Both the position numbers and the translations under genes were made by a program. Below, in pieces: positions 26,164 to 38,958 of a stretch of 64,000 nt of DNA; positions within the stretch are counted from its first letter, which is position 1; each line of letters starts with the position of its first letter. The stretch is from the human T2T-CHM13v2.0 reference genome, Homo sapiens: assembly GCF_009914755.1 (NCBI RefSeq), contig NC_060945.1. One strand, given 5' to 3'. The notes under the pieces were generated by a model. That model made no database searches. It was not told where the DNA came from and was given only the letters and a program-made list of their open reading frames with translations.

Positions 26164-26573
26164 TGCTATGGTTTAAATATGTCTATTCCTCCACAATTTC
26201 TCTGTTGGAACCTAATCACCAAGGTGACAGTATTAGAGGGTGGGGGGTCCCAGGGCTGGGGAGTGATTGGGTCATGAGCGCTCCACCCTCGTGAACAGCA
26301 TTGGTGCCCCTATAACAGAGGCCTCAGATAACAGAGGCTTCAGATAACAGAAGCTTCAGAGAGTGGCCTCCCCTCCATCCCTCCTGTCATGTGAGGACAA
26401 GAGCGTTCAGGCACCATATTGAAAGCAGAGACTTGGCCCTTCCCATACACCAAACCAGCCAGCACTTTGATCTCCAGTTTCCAGCCCCCATAACTGTGAG
26501 CCACACATTTATGCTGTTTCTGAATTGCCCGGTCTAAGGCATTTTGTCATAGCAGCAGGAGTGGACTAAGGCG
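26164..26573 (+). mobile_element. MaLR LTR (MST-type)
   Basis: Termini tgctatggtttaaat... and ...ttgtcatagcagcaggagtggactaag. Confidence 0.75.
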
Positions 26574-27141
26574 CTTGGTTCTTTACTGTGAAGTATCTCT
26601 CTGTGGAAGACATTCTGTTTCTACATCGGTGTCATGAGATTTGCAGAGCAGCTGTTATTAATAGAAGACTGGAAGCTTCCATGGTGCTTTTCTTGCAGAC
26701 GTGTAAAATTGAAGACTTGGACAATCACTTAATCATTAAACACAAAAATAAAATGATTGTTTAGTGACATAGGTAACAATAGTCAGGAAGCAATTTGTAT
26801 CTGAGCTTGGTATTTAGTAGAAATTTTTAAAGCATCGGTATTTTGTAGAAATTTTTAAAGCTTCAATTTCTTACTATATCAATATAATTATAGAATATGT
26901 TGTTTTAATTTATAATGTAATTGAATACAAAGTTTATTTATACCACAGTGCCGGCTTATATACAGATACTAGAGTCATTTTTTAGGAACGTGATATTTGA
27001 CCTGGATGTGTGGGCCCATGAATAAGAAACATCAAGCATAAGAAAATACATTCCTTAGGTTTGAGTATTTCTTTATGTAAAACTAAAATATGCATGTGTT
27101 TTCTGTGCCCAGTTTTAAAAAGTGTTTTTAGCTTGTTCTTA

Positions 27142-27474
<333 letters not shown>

Positions 27475-27914
27475 TCATCGGCACTGATCTGCCTTCGCCT
27501 GCTTTTCTCCAGCTCCTCACACGCCACATGCATCATTTTACCCACGTCCTCCTCGAGGCTTACTGTGCTCTGGATGTGCAGGTGTTTTGAAGAGGCACAG
27601 AGCTGCTCGACAGGGTGAAGGACTTAGGAGGACTGAAGTCAGGCTCTCCAGTATGGCCACTCGGCAGCCCTGGAGACTATCCATGTGCCTCTGTGTGTCC
27701 TGCCTGGGTCAGACCAAGTGCAGTTTCAGAAATGAGAAAGAGAAACAGCACCTGAGACCTGGGACCTGAGAGCAGAGCCGAGAGCGCCCACACCTGGACA
27801 GACTGCTTGACTCTCACCCAGCACGTCTGCACCTTTAATTACAGTGGGGAAGTTACACCAGGAAGGAATTGTTTTTTCTGGAAGAAATGAGTGAACTTCA
27901 AAAATACCCTCATA

Positions 27915-28206
27915 GGCCAGGTACAGTGGCTCTCTCCTGCGATCCCAGCACTTTGAGAGGCCAAGATGGGAGGATTGCTTGAGCCCAGGAGTTGGAGACC
28001 AGCTTGGACAAAAGAGCAAGACCCCATTTCTACAAAAAAATACAGAAATTAACTGGGTGTGGTGGCACACACCTGGAGTCCCAGCTACTCAGGAGGCTAA
28101 GGTGGGGCAGTTACCTGAGCTCCGGCAGTCGAGACTGTAGTGAGCAGAGATTGCACCACTGCACTCCAGCCTGGGCGACAGAGCAAGACCCTGTCTCAAA
28201 AAAAGA
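27915..28206 (+). mobile_element. AluJ-type element with ~15-bp target-site duplication aaaaataccctcata
   Basis: Alu sequence; TSD at 27900-27914 and 28207-28221. Confidence 0.95.
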
Positions 28207-29411
28207 AAAAATACCCTCATATATACAAATCTTTATTTCTAGTCTTCCAGGTCTCCTAATCACTCCCTTACTTAACGTCCCCATCATTTAAAGGGGATGT
28301 TGAAAGCAAGCAAAAATAAAAACATGTTAGAGTTGACGAAGAGTTTGCCATGTAGGCGATTTTAGATGAGCCTTTGCACCAACCCTGTGAGGCAGATCTC
28401 AGGACCGTGGGGCCAGTTCCACACACGAGGAAGTGGAAGCTCTGAGAGGTGCCTTGGCCAGAGCTAATGAGCCAGGGAATGGGAGGGCTTGGCACAGCCG
28501 CCCAGGCAGCTGGACGTGAGTGGCAGATGTGCAGCAACGCTGGGAATCAAGCGGACACCAGTGTCTACTAAGAAGCTGGTTCTTCAGTGAAAGAGTCGTG
28601 GGGAAATTGTAGAAATGTGTCGTAAGTGGGAGCCAGGGATGGGAGGCACGACCAGATCCTGTGCTGGATGCGGCCCTTCATCCCAGCTGTGCAATCCCCG
28701 GGACTCTGTCGGTGCCACGCATTTCCCCTGGACACATGAAGGGCACGCGTGGGCTCTTGTGACAATCTCATGCACTTGCAGAGATTTGGGCAGATTGTTG
28801 CAGAGTGCTTTCTCCTCCCACTTGTTCTGTGTCTCCCTCTGGAACCCTGTGGGGAGGTGGGTGAGGGGTCCCCTCACTGTAGTGAGAGAGTAGTCAATGC
28901 CGCATGCTCTGGGCACATGCCGAGGGGCCCAGCCTCTCTCACTCTGAAGCCTGGCACCTTCCAAGACCTTGCAGCTGCAAGTGGTGCAGCGGCTTGCCCA
29001 TGGCCCCACCTGCTGTCAGAGCTGTGCTACTGCAGCCACTCCTTTCATGAAACAAGAGGCCCAGGCAACCCTCACTGCTGGCTGGAGTTCCATCTTTCCT
29101 TGCTTGGAACACCGCACCCTCTGCAGGGCCCCAGTGGCACGGCTCTCACATGCTGTTCCTCCCAGCTTGCCCTTCTCAGAACGAGACTTTGCATCTTTAC
29201 AGGACCCTCGGGCGACTCACTGGCCCGTGGAGGTCTAAGAAACACTAGTCAGGAGGCCTGAGAAGGAAGAACATGCATCCAGTTGGAAGCCCAGGGGAGA
29301 CATGGAATGGAGAGAGAAAATTCCAAGAGACACACAGAGAACCTTCCAAAATTAGAGAAACCATCAACAATTCCCAAACAGGATAAACAAATAATACAAA
29401 TAAACTCGACC

Positions 29412-32400
29412 TGGAACAGTCGAGTGGATAGAAACAGCACACGTAAGATCGGGTGTGCACGAGGAGATGTGAACACTGGGAACAGTCGCGTGGATAGAAA
29501 CAGCACACGTAAGATCGGGTGTGCGTGAGGAGATGCGAACACCGGGAACAGTCGAGTGGGTAGAAACAGCACACGTAAGATCGGGTGTGCACGAGGAGAT
29601 GTGAACACCGGGAACAGTCGAGTGGATAGAAACAGCACACGTAAGATCGGGTGTGCACGAGGAGATGTGAACACTGGGAACAGTCGCATGGATAGAAACA
29701 GCACACGTAAGATCGGGTGTGCGTGAGGAGATGTGAACACTGGGAACAGTCGAGTGGGTAGAAACAGCACACGTAAGATCGGGTGTGCACGAGGAGATGC
29801 GAACACCGGGAACAGTCGAGTGGGTAGAAACAGCACACGTAAGATCGGGTGTGCACGAGGAGATGTGAACACTGGGAACAGTCGCGTGGATAGAAACAGC
29901 ACACGTAAGATTGGGTGTGCACGAGGAGATGTGAACACTGGGAACAGTCGCATGGATAGAAACAGCACACGTAAGATCGGGTGTGCGTGAGGAGATGCGA
30001 ACACCGGGAACAGTCGAGTGGGTAGAAACAGCACACGTAAGATCGGGTGTGCACGAGGAGATGTGAACACTGGGAACAGTCGCGTGGATAGAAACAGCAC
30101 ACGTAAGATCGGGTGTGCACGAGGAGATGTGAACACTGGGAACAGTCGCATGGATAGAAACAGCACACGTAAGATCGGGTGTGCACGAGGAGATGTGAAC
30201 ACTGGGAACAGTCGCATGGATAGAAACAGCACACGTAAGATCGGGTGTGAGTGAGGAGATGCGAACACCGGGAACAGTCGAGTGGGTAGAAACAGCACAC
30301 GTAAGATCGGGTGTGCACGAGGAGATGTGAACACTGGGAACAGTCGCGTGGATAGAAACAGCACACGTAAGATCGGGTGTGCGTGAGGAGATGCGAACAC
30401 CGGGAACAGTCGAGTGGGTAGAAACAGCACACGTAAGATCGGGTGTGCACGAGGAGATGTGAACACCGGGAACAGTCGCGTGGATAGAAACAGCACACGT
30501 AAGATCGGGTGTGCACGAGGAGATGTGAACACTGGGAACAGTCGCGTGGATAGAAACAGCACACGTAAGATCGGGTGTGCGTGAGGAGATGCGAACACCG
30601 GGAACAGTCGAGTGGGTAGAAACAGCACACGTAAGATCGGGTGTGCACGAGGAGATGTGAACACCGGGAACAGTCGCGTGGATAGAAACAGCACACGTAA
30701 GATCGGGTGTGCACGAGGAGATGTGAACACTGGGAACAGTCGCGTGGATAGAAACAGCACACGTAAGATCGGGTGTGCGTGAGGAGATGCGAACACCGGG
30801 AACAGTCGAGTGGGTAGAAACAGCACACGTAAGATCGGGTGTGCGTGAGGAGATGCGAACACCGGGAACAGTCGAGTGGGTAGAAACAGCACACGTAAGA
30901 TCGGGTGTGCACGAGGAGATGTGAACACTGGGAACAGTCGCGTGGGTAGAAACAGCACACGTAAGATCGGGTGTGCGTGAGGAGATGCGAACACCGGGAA
31001 CAGTCGCGTGGGTAGAAACAGCACACGTAAGATCGGGTGTGCACGAGGAGATGCGAACACTGGGAACAGTCGCGTGGATAGAAACAGCACACGTAAGATC
31101 GGGTGTGCACGAGGAGATGCGAACACCGGGAACAGTCGCGTGGATAGAAACAGCACACGTAAGATCGGGTGTGCACGAGGAGATGCGAACACCGGGAACA
31201 GTCGCGTGGATAGAAACAGCACACGTAAGATCGGGTGTGCACGAGGAGATGTGAACACCGGGAACAGTCGCGTGGATAGAAACAGCACACGTAAGATCGG
31301 GTGTGCACGAGGAGATGTGAACACCGGGAACAGTCGCGTGGATAGAAACAGCACACGTAAGATCGGGTGTGCACGAGGAGATGCGAACACCGGGAACAGT
31401 CGCGTGGATAGAAACAGCACACGTAAGATCGGGTGTGCACGAGGAGATGCGAACACCGGGAACAGTCGCGTGGATAGAAACAGCACACGTAAGATCGGGT
31501 GTGCGTGAGGAGATGCGAACACCGGGAACAGTCGCGTGGATAGAAACAGCACACGTAAGATCGGGTGTGCGTGAGGAGATGCGAACACCGGGAACAGTCG
31601 AGTGGGTAGAAACAGCACACGTAAGATCGGGTGTGCACGAGGAGATGTGAACACTGGGAACAGTCGCGTGGATAGAAACAGCACACGTAAGATCGGGTGT
31701 GCGTGAGGAGATGCGAACACCGGGAACAGTCGAGTGGGTAGAAACAGCACACGTAAGATCGGGTGTGCACGAGGAGATGTGAACACCGGGAACAGTCGCG
31801 TGGATAGAAACAGCACACGTAAGATCGGGTGTGCGTGAGGAGATGTGAACACCGGGAACAGTCGCGTGGATAGAAACAGCACACGTAAGATCGGGTGTGC
31901 ACGAGGAGATGTGAACACCGGGAACAGTCGCGTGGATAGAAACAGCACACGTAAGATCGGGTGTGCGTGAGGAGATGCGAACACCGGGAACAGTCGAGTG
32001 GGTAGAAACAGCACACGTAAGATCGGGTGTGCACGAGGAGATGCGAACACCGGGAACAGTCGCGTGGATAGAAACAGCACACGTAAGATCGGGTGTGCGT
32101 GAGGAGATGCGAACACCGGGAACAGTCGTGTGGGTAGAAACAGCACACGTAAGATCGGGTGTGCACGAGGAGATGCGAACACCGGGAACAGTCGCGTGGA
32201 TAGAAACAGCACACGTAAGATCGGGTGTGCACGAGGAGATGTGAACACCGGGAACAGTCGCGTGGATAGAAACAGCACACGTAAGATCGGGTGTGCGTGA
32301 GGAGATGCGAACACCGGGAACAGTCGAGTGGGTAGAAACAGCACACGTAAGATCGGGTGTGCACGAGGAGATGCGAACACCGGGAACAGTCGCGTGGATA

Positions 32401-32975
32401 GAAACAGCACACGTAAGATCGGGTGTGCGTGAGGAGATGCGAACACCGGGAACAGTCGTGTGGGTAGAAACAGCACACGTAAGATCGGGTGTGCACGAGG
32501 AGATGTGAACACCGGGAACAGTCGAGTGGGTAGAAACAGCACACGTAAGATCGGGTGTGCACGAGGAGATGCGAACACTGGGAACAGTCGCGTGGATAGA
32601 AACAGCACACGTAAGATCGGGTGTGCACGAGGAGATGTGAACACTGGGAACAGTCGCGTGGATAGAAACAGCACACGTAAGATCGGGTGTGCACGAGGAG
32701 ATGTGAACACTGGGAACAGTCGCGTGGATAGAAACAGCACACGTAAGATCGGGTGTGCACGAGGAGATGCGAACACCGGGAACAGTCGAGTGGGTAGAAA
32801 CAGCACACGTAAGATCGGGTGTGCGTGAGGAGATGCAAACACTGGGAACAGTCGAGTGGATAGAAACAGCACACGTAAGGTCGGGTGTGCACGAGGAGAT
32901 GCGAACACCAGGAACAGTCGAGTGGGTAGAAACAGCACACGTAAGGTCGGGTGTGCGTGAGGAGATGCGAACACC
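29412..32975. repeat. Large VNTR, 66-bp unit, ~54 copies
   Basis: Unit gggaacagtcgcgtggatagaaacagcacacgtaagatcgggtgtgcacgaggagatgtgaacact, with five recurrently variable sites. Confidence 0.98.
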
Positions 32976-32999
32976 CGCAGGTCTCTGTCTCATTCCACT

Positions 33000-33856
33000 A
33001 GAGGGAGAAGACACTGAGTGTAGACTCTCAACGCACATGTTAAAGTTTCAATGACCACTAACAACAAAGAAGTCCGATATGTAACCTCTGTGACAGGAAA
33101 CAAGTGAGGGGAAAAATTATTAATCCAACAGAAGAAAAGGAGTGAAATAAAAAAGAAACTCTGGAAAAGCAGGACAATTAGAAAACAAGTGTCAAAAATT
33201 AGTCTAAATATGTGGATGATTGTGATCAAAGTAAAATTATGAAATTCCAGTTAAGAAGCAAAGGCTGCCAGACTATATTTTTAAGCTGAACAAATAGGCA
33301 AGCAAACAAGCAAAAAATAATTTTTTTGTTTTTTTTTCTTTCAAGAGACACACCTAAAGCATAAGAACCCAGAAAAAATGAAAGAATGGGAAAAGGCTAA
33401 GGAATATGCAACAAAATCAGCTGGTGTACCAATATTAACATCAGTAGGGGGAAAAAAACAAGACTTTAAGAGAAAAACTTTAGTCATTACATGTTGATAG
33501 AAAATTCAGCTCACAAGAAGATATAATTCAAAATTTATACGTGCCTAAAACATAGCTTTAAAATATATTTTAAAAATTGACAAAACATAGATAATTTGAC
33601 AGACATTATAGCAAAAACTTGGCACACCTCTCTTTCCATGAGTGATAGGCCAAGTAGACAAGTGTGAAGAAGGCATCAACAGAACCACCCGTGATCCTGA
33701 CGTGATTGCCGTACCTTGAACGTTACACCTGCCACAGCTGTAGAATTCATGGAGACATTTACAAAACCTGATCACATACCAGCCCATAAAGCACATCTCA
33801 TCATCTTTCAAAAATTGGAATCGTATCGACCACACTCTCTTAGCACAAAGCAATTG
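33000..33856 (+). mobile_element. Old L1 (L1M-type) fragment, start of ORF2 endonuclease
   Basis: A-rich; caagagacacaccta (QETHL) and gctggtgtaccaatattaacatcag (AGVPILTS) resemble L1 EN motifs. Confidence 0.65.
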
Positions 33857-34250
33857 CAGTCATGCACCACATGACGGTTCAGCCAACATCAGACCACACA
33901 GACGATGGTGATGCCATGAGAGTATAGTGGAGCTGAGAAATTCCTGTTGCCTGGTGACCTTGCAGCTGACCTGAGGTTGCAGTGCAGCACGTTACCCCCA
34001 CGTGTGCTGCTGGTGCAAACCCACTGCACTGCCAGCCGTCTAGCCATCTAGCACCTGCCGTTAAGCACAGCTCGTCATTCTAAATGACGCTGATAAACAA
34101 CTGTGTTACTGGTTTGTGTATTACTATGCTTTTTATCATTATTTTAGTGTATTCCTTCTAATTATCTAAAAAATGTTAGCTGTAAAACAGCCTCAGGCAG
34201 GTCCCGCAGGAGGTGTCCAGAAGGAGGCACTGTGATCATCGGAGATGACT
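33857..34250 (+). mobile_element. Tigger3/MER7-like DNA transposon fragment
   Basis: Starts with cagtcatgcaccacat..., and contains aaacagcctcaggcaggtcc...ccagaag. Confidence 0.65.
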
Positions 34251-34970
34251 ATGTCAAACGGTGTGGTTTTGGTGCAGTGGGAGACAAGTAGACTGGATCA
34301 GACATGAGAGCCCAGGATCCCTCACACAGGAAGGAAGCCGTCTATGAGACTTGGACAGGACAGAGCTGCCCACGAGAGCCTGGGAGAGGGCAGATGCTCC
34401 ACACAGTGCCAGGACGGTGGGTCAACCACGTGGGGAAATTGATCTTTACTTCCTGCCATAAACAAAAATCATTTCCCATGTGTCAAGAACTCCAACACAA
34501 GACAGAAGAATTTAGCAGTTTTAGGAGAAAATATAGAAGAATGTCCTATTCTGAGATCAGGGGACGATTTCTTAAAACGTAAGCACAGACTGTAAAGGAA
34601 AATACTGGTGAGTTCAACTTTGTGAAATGTTGGAATACTGTTTCTCATAAGACACCATGGGAGAGCGGGGAGAAGATCTGTGCAGCAGGAGTGACAGACA
34701 GGATGGCATCTGAAATGCTGGGGTGCTCTTGAGAAGTCAGCAAAAATCAAGCAATAAGAAACATGGGCGAATGACAGAAACAGACATTTTGCTGGAGATG
34801 AAATAGAATGCAGGTTAGAACCACTGTGCTGGGGGCCTGTTTCTTGGCCTGAGTGATAGTTGTATGGGTGCATTCATTTTGTGATCATTCATTGAGTTGC
34901 ATCTTAAATGCTTGTAATTTTAGTAGTTGTCTATGTGTTACATTCTGAAACAATGTGAAATAGAAAAGAC
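34251..34970 (+). mobile_element. Old L1 3' fragments
   Basis: Degenerate L1M ORF2-end and 3'-end-like text (aaacagacatttt, cattcattgagttgcatcttaa). Confidence 0.5.
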
Positions 34971-35002
34971 AGTTTACAGAGAAACATCAGTAATGGGATA
35001 CA

Positions 35003-35505
35003 TCCCCTGCCCATCCTCCTACCCTCCTCTCCCTCCCTCTCCCCCTCCTCCCTCCCCTCCCCTTCCTCCCTCTCCCCCTACATCCTCCCCTCCTGCCCTC
35101 CTCTCCTTCACTCTGCCTCCTCCCTCCCCTCCTCTCCTCTCCCTCCCTCTCCCCCTCCTCCCTCCTCTCTCCTCTCCCTCCCTCCCTCTCCCCCTACTTC
35201 CTCCCCTCCTGCCCTCCTCTCCCTCCCCTCCTGTCCCTCCCTCCCCTCCTGTCCCTCCCTCCCCTCCTGTCCCTCCCTCCCCTCCTGCCTTCCTCTTCCT
35301 CCCTCTCCCTCCCTCTCCCCCTCCTCCCTCCTCTCCTCTCTCCCCTCCCTCCCTCTCCCCCTCCTCCCTCCTCTCCTCTCCCCTCCCTCACTCTCCCCCT
35401 CCTCCCTCCTCTCCTCTCTCCCCTCCCTCACTCTCCCCCTCCTCCCTCCCCTCCTCTCCCTCCCTCCCTCTCGCCTGCCTACCTGACTTTCTTCCTCTTT
35501 CCTCT
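35003..35505. repeat. ~500-bp polypyrimidine (CCTC/CCCT) low-complexity tract
   Basis: Almost purely C/T on the + strand. Confidence 0.96.
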
Positions 35506-38029
35506 CAGTGGTTTGGAGGTACTGGTGAGAACCAAAAGCCTCATTTTTTCAACAGGGCAGAATTTTCCCAAAAAGTGGAAGGCCCCTTGGCACTTAGTCC
35601 TGTTCTCTCCTTTAAAAAATGTGGAAATTGAGTCCAAACGAGGTGCAGTGGCCTGACTGATCCCGGGCAGAGCTAGGGTGAGCACCCGCCCATCCTCTCC
35701 ACAGATGCTCCCCCAGCACCGCCCAGTGCTAGTCCAGGCCTCCCTAGGACGTCCCCTACATTTGTAGGTGGGGAGAAGAGAGATTTGTTTGCTAGTGTGG
35801 TCATTTCATCATAAAAAGCCCAAAACGTATCAGGAGACATTTTTGTCATCCGCAGCCACAGCTGCTGCTCACTCACATCCATTCCCCCACTTTATAGTCA
35901 AGGAACTGAGGCCTGGAGACACCAGGCCTTCCTGTCGCCACGGCCACAAGCTGAGCCATCTTGGAGCCGACTCCAACCCCTGTAGAGCCCAGGGAGCGCC
36001 CCTCCCCGTGCCCCATTCCCTGGCCATGGGGCAGCTCCTGAGCCCCACTAGGAGTCGGGGGTTTGCGGATCCCATCTGTGCCATTCAGCGTCCTGTGGCT
36101 GTGGATGAATTTGCCAGGAGTGTCTCACCCCGCCGTGGGCGATCTTGCCTGCAGCTCTCCTACCCGGCCTGGGACACTTGCGGTCTTTCCTGACGTGCCC
36201 CGTCCAGGTGGGGCGCCTTCACTAGGACCCCAGATGCGCCTGCTTCCTCCTCCTGCCCCCGCAGGGCCTCGTGTATCTCCGGGAGGTAGACTGTCCCGGT
36301 GACTTCAGCTGGTGTCCTTGGGACAGGATGTCCCCCACAAGCTCTCCTGGCACCCTCGTCAGGGGCTTCCACACACATCCCCTCAGATAACCCGGCACAC
36401 CCGTTCACGTTACATCATGGGGCAGCGCAGATGCCACAATGCCCTGCCCCCCAGCCCAGACCTGGCTGCAAGGCCAGGGGTTGGGGAGGGGCAGGGCTGG
36501 GGAGCAGGCCCCCCGATCCTCCCAGGGTACTAGGTACTGAGGAAGGAAGGGCCTTTATCTTGACTCTGGGTGAACTCTTAGGGGAGGGCTCCCAGCTCCT
36601 GAGAGGCCAAGTTCAAACCCACCCAGGAGCACACAGCTGGGAAGGCGCTGGGACCACAGTCGCCGCATTCCTGACTGTGCTCCCTGGTGTCAGGGAACCC
36701 AGGTGCCAGGGGTGGCCAGGGCAAGCATGGGGGTCTGGTCAGGTGCTCAGCAGCCGGCCTTCTCACGTGCAGATGGCAGCTCTGCTCCGAGCGCCCACAC
36801 CCCCCAGCATTGGTGGCCTCTGTGGCAGCTTCTGCCACCCATACCCTGTGCAGTGAGGAAGCTGAGGTGCCTGCCTGGCTGTGGGTCGCAGGAGTCCACA
36901 CACAGCCACGCTGGGATTTATTTGGGTTGAATGTTCTGAAGGGAAAATGCTGGGGAGGTGGTGCCCTCCCCAAATGTGCCACCTCCCCTGCCTGCTGGGC
37001 AGCACCACAGAGGAGCTTTGCCCAGTGTCCTCCTGAGCCCCAGGACACCCTCTGCAGCACCCAGCCTTGACAGCCCCACTGGAGGCCTGTGGCTCCTGGG
37101 AAAGCCAGGCCTGAGGAGCACCATGCCCTCTGCTGAGCAGCCCTGGGCTCTCCAAAGGGTGGAAGAATTATGAGCCTCACCTTGCCACGTTTACCATTAT
37201 CTTCTGCTATTTTTAGTTTTTATTTAAGAAATGAGGCTCAGGTAAAATAACTTTAAAAATGGCATCAAAGCCCCCTTGAAAAGTCTTGTGGCCCGAGGAT
37301 GGGAGGAGAAGGGCTGGGGGCAGCCTGCAGGGACCGGGGACACAGGCGGCTCCCAGCTGAGGGCCCGAGGCGTCCCTCCCTCATGCCTTCCACAGAACCT
37401 TCTAGCACTAGTGTTCTGTAATCCCAGGAAAGGCAAGACGCTTCTGGAGGTGACTAAAAGGCAGATGTGTGGCCCCTCAGGTGTTCCCCCCACCCCAGGT
37501 CACCTCATGGGTAAAGCAAGGCCCTGCAGGGGAGGGGAGTGGGCCAGGCCTAGCACAGGGTGAGACCAGGGCGAGGTTTGCAAACTCATGCCTCTGTGGA
37601 TCCCACAGGGGCTAGGCTGATTTTAGTGACTAGTGACTCGGCCTTGAATCTCCTAGAAGTGCAGCTGGTCTTCATCTGTGGCTCCTGGACTCCCCCAGAC
37701 TCTCCATGGCCCACTGGCCCCAGCCTCCTGTCCACACCAGCTGGTGAGAGGGAGGCTGGGCCGGTCTAGGCTGGAGCTGCCGGGGAGCCAGGGAGAGAAG
37801 ACAGCGGCTTCCGGAGCTGCCTTCTGCACGCCGGGCATTGGCCTGCTCACAGCCTGGACTCCATTGGCTTCCCCCAGGCCAAGTCCTTGCGTTCTCTTGC
37901 ATCTGCCATGTGTCCGCATGGCCCTCTTTCTATCTATCTGTGCAAAGTTCTGTTACTGCCGTTTTAATTTGGTGTGACTTGTACTCGATGACAATAACCT
38001 TCTTAGCTCTCGTGTCCCTCCTACCCCAG

Positions 38030-38108
38030 CAGTTGACCAAGCTCCACCAGTTGGCCATGCAGCAAACCCCCTTTCCTCCCCTCGGACAGACCAACCCCGC
38101 TTTCCCCG
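38030..38108 (+). CDS. PCBP3: PCBP3 exon QLTKLHQLAMQQTPFPPLGQTNPAFP(G)
   Basis: CAGCAG tandem acceptor and CCG|gtacgt donor; LTKLHQLAMQQ is conserved in PCBPs. Confidence 0.95.
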
Positions 38109-38898
38109 GTACGTACCCAGCCCTTTTCTCACCTCCTTCTCTTCTCACCTGGGGACTTTCTCTTTCTGAGCTGTGTTATTCGGTGCAGTGCATAGAACAG
38201 GTGCAGTTGGATTTGTGAGTGCCGGTGCTGCGGCGTTCACATGCAGCAGGCTTGCTGGGGCTGGGGCCGGGGACAGGGTGGGGGCGGGAGGTGGGTCTCG
38301 CTCCCACTGTTGGGGGCTGGTTCACCTTACAGCTGGCCTTGCCATAGCCTTGCTTGTGAAGAGACGTCTGCCCACCGAGGGTCTGCACTTGCTGGGCAGT
38401 GCCCTGTGCTGCCCGCAGTCTGTCCTGGGTGGCCCTTCCTGCTGAGCGTACCCACTGGGCCGCCCTGGAGGCTTTTCTCTCCAGGAGCAAGAGCACAGCT
38501 GACGTGGATGCTCTTCTGCAGGAAGCCACTGCGTATCCCAAGGTGGCACCCAGCCCTGCCCCAGGAGAGCAGTGACCCGAGTCAGCCCTAGCCCAGTCGC
38601 TGTCATGAGGCCATCAAGGGTGGCCATCCGTGGCAAGCCCACCCTGCCCCTGGCATGCCTGGCAGTTGGGTGTCCCTCCCTGCAGAGGCAGCGCCATGCC
38701 TGTGGACAACCCCCCTCTCCCCCTGGCGTGCCTGGCAGCTAGGTGTCCCTCCCCACAGAGGCAGTGCCATGCCTGTGGCTGTGGCCAGAGAGAGCGCCGG
38801 TGCGTGCGCCAGTCATATTTTGAGCTTCCCTAGTTGAAGGGACCCTGCTTATCTCCTTGAGGGCAAAACATTAAACCTGTCTCTTCTTTGCTCTCCAG

Positions 38899-38958
38899 GA
38901 GAAAAGCTGCCTTTACACTCCTCCGAAGAAGCTCAAAATCTGATGGGCCAGTCATCAG
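38899..38958 (+). CDS. PCBP3: PCBP3 60-nt exon (G)EKLPLHSSEEAQNLMGQSS(G)
   Basis: ctccag acceptor and CAG|gtaaca donor; phase 1/1 and in frame with its neighbours. Confidence 0.9.

Noticed and set aside
29245-32940. 1231-aa 'zinc-finger-like' protein gene
   Set aside because: Spacing does not fit C2H2, all three frames are equally open, and variation is not biased to synonymous sites of any one frame.
29412-32975. CRISPR-like array
   Set aside because: Units are contiguous with no unique spacers, there are no cas genes, and the context is a eukaryotic intron. The same applies to the other arrays.
34927-35631. 234-aa proline-rich ORF
   Set aside because: Translation of the low-complexity pyrimidine tract.
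38109-38220. Alternative donor TTT|gtgagt at 38215 extending the exon by 106 nt
   Set aside because: Weak exonic context, frameshifting, and no other support.
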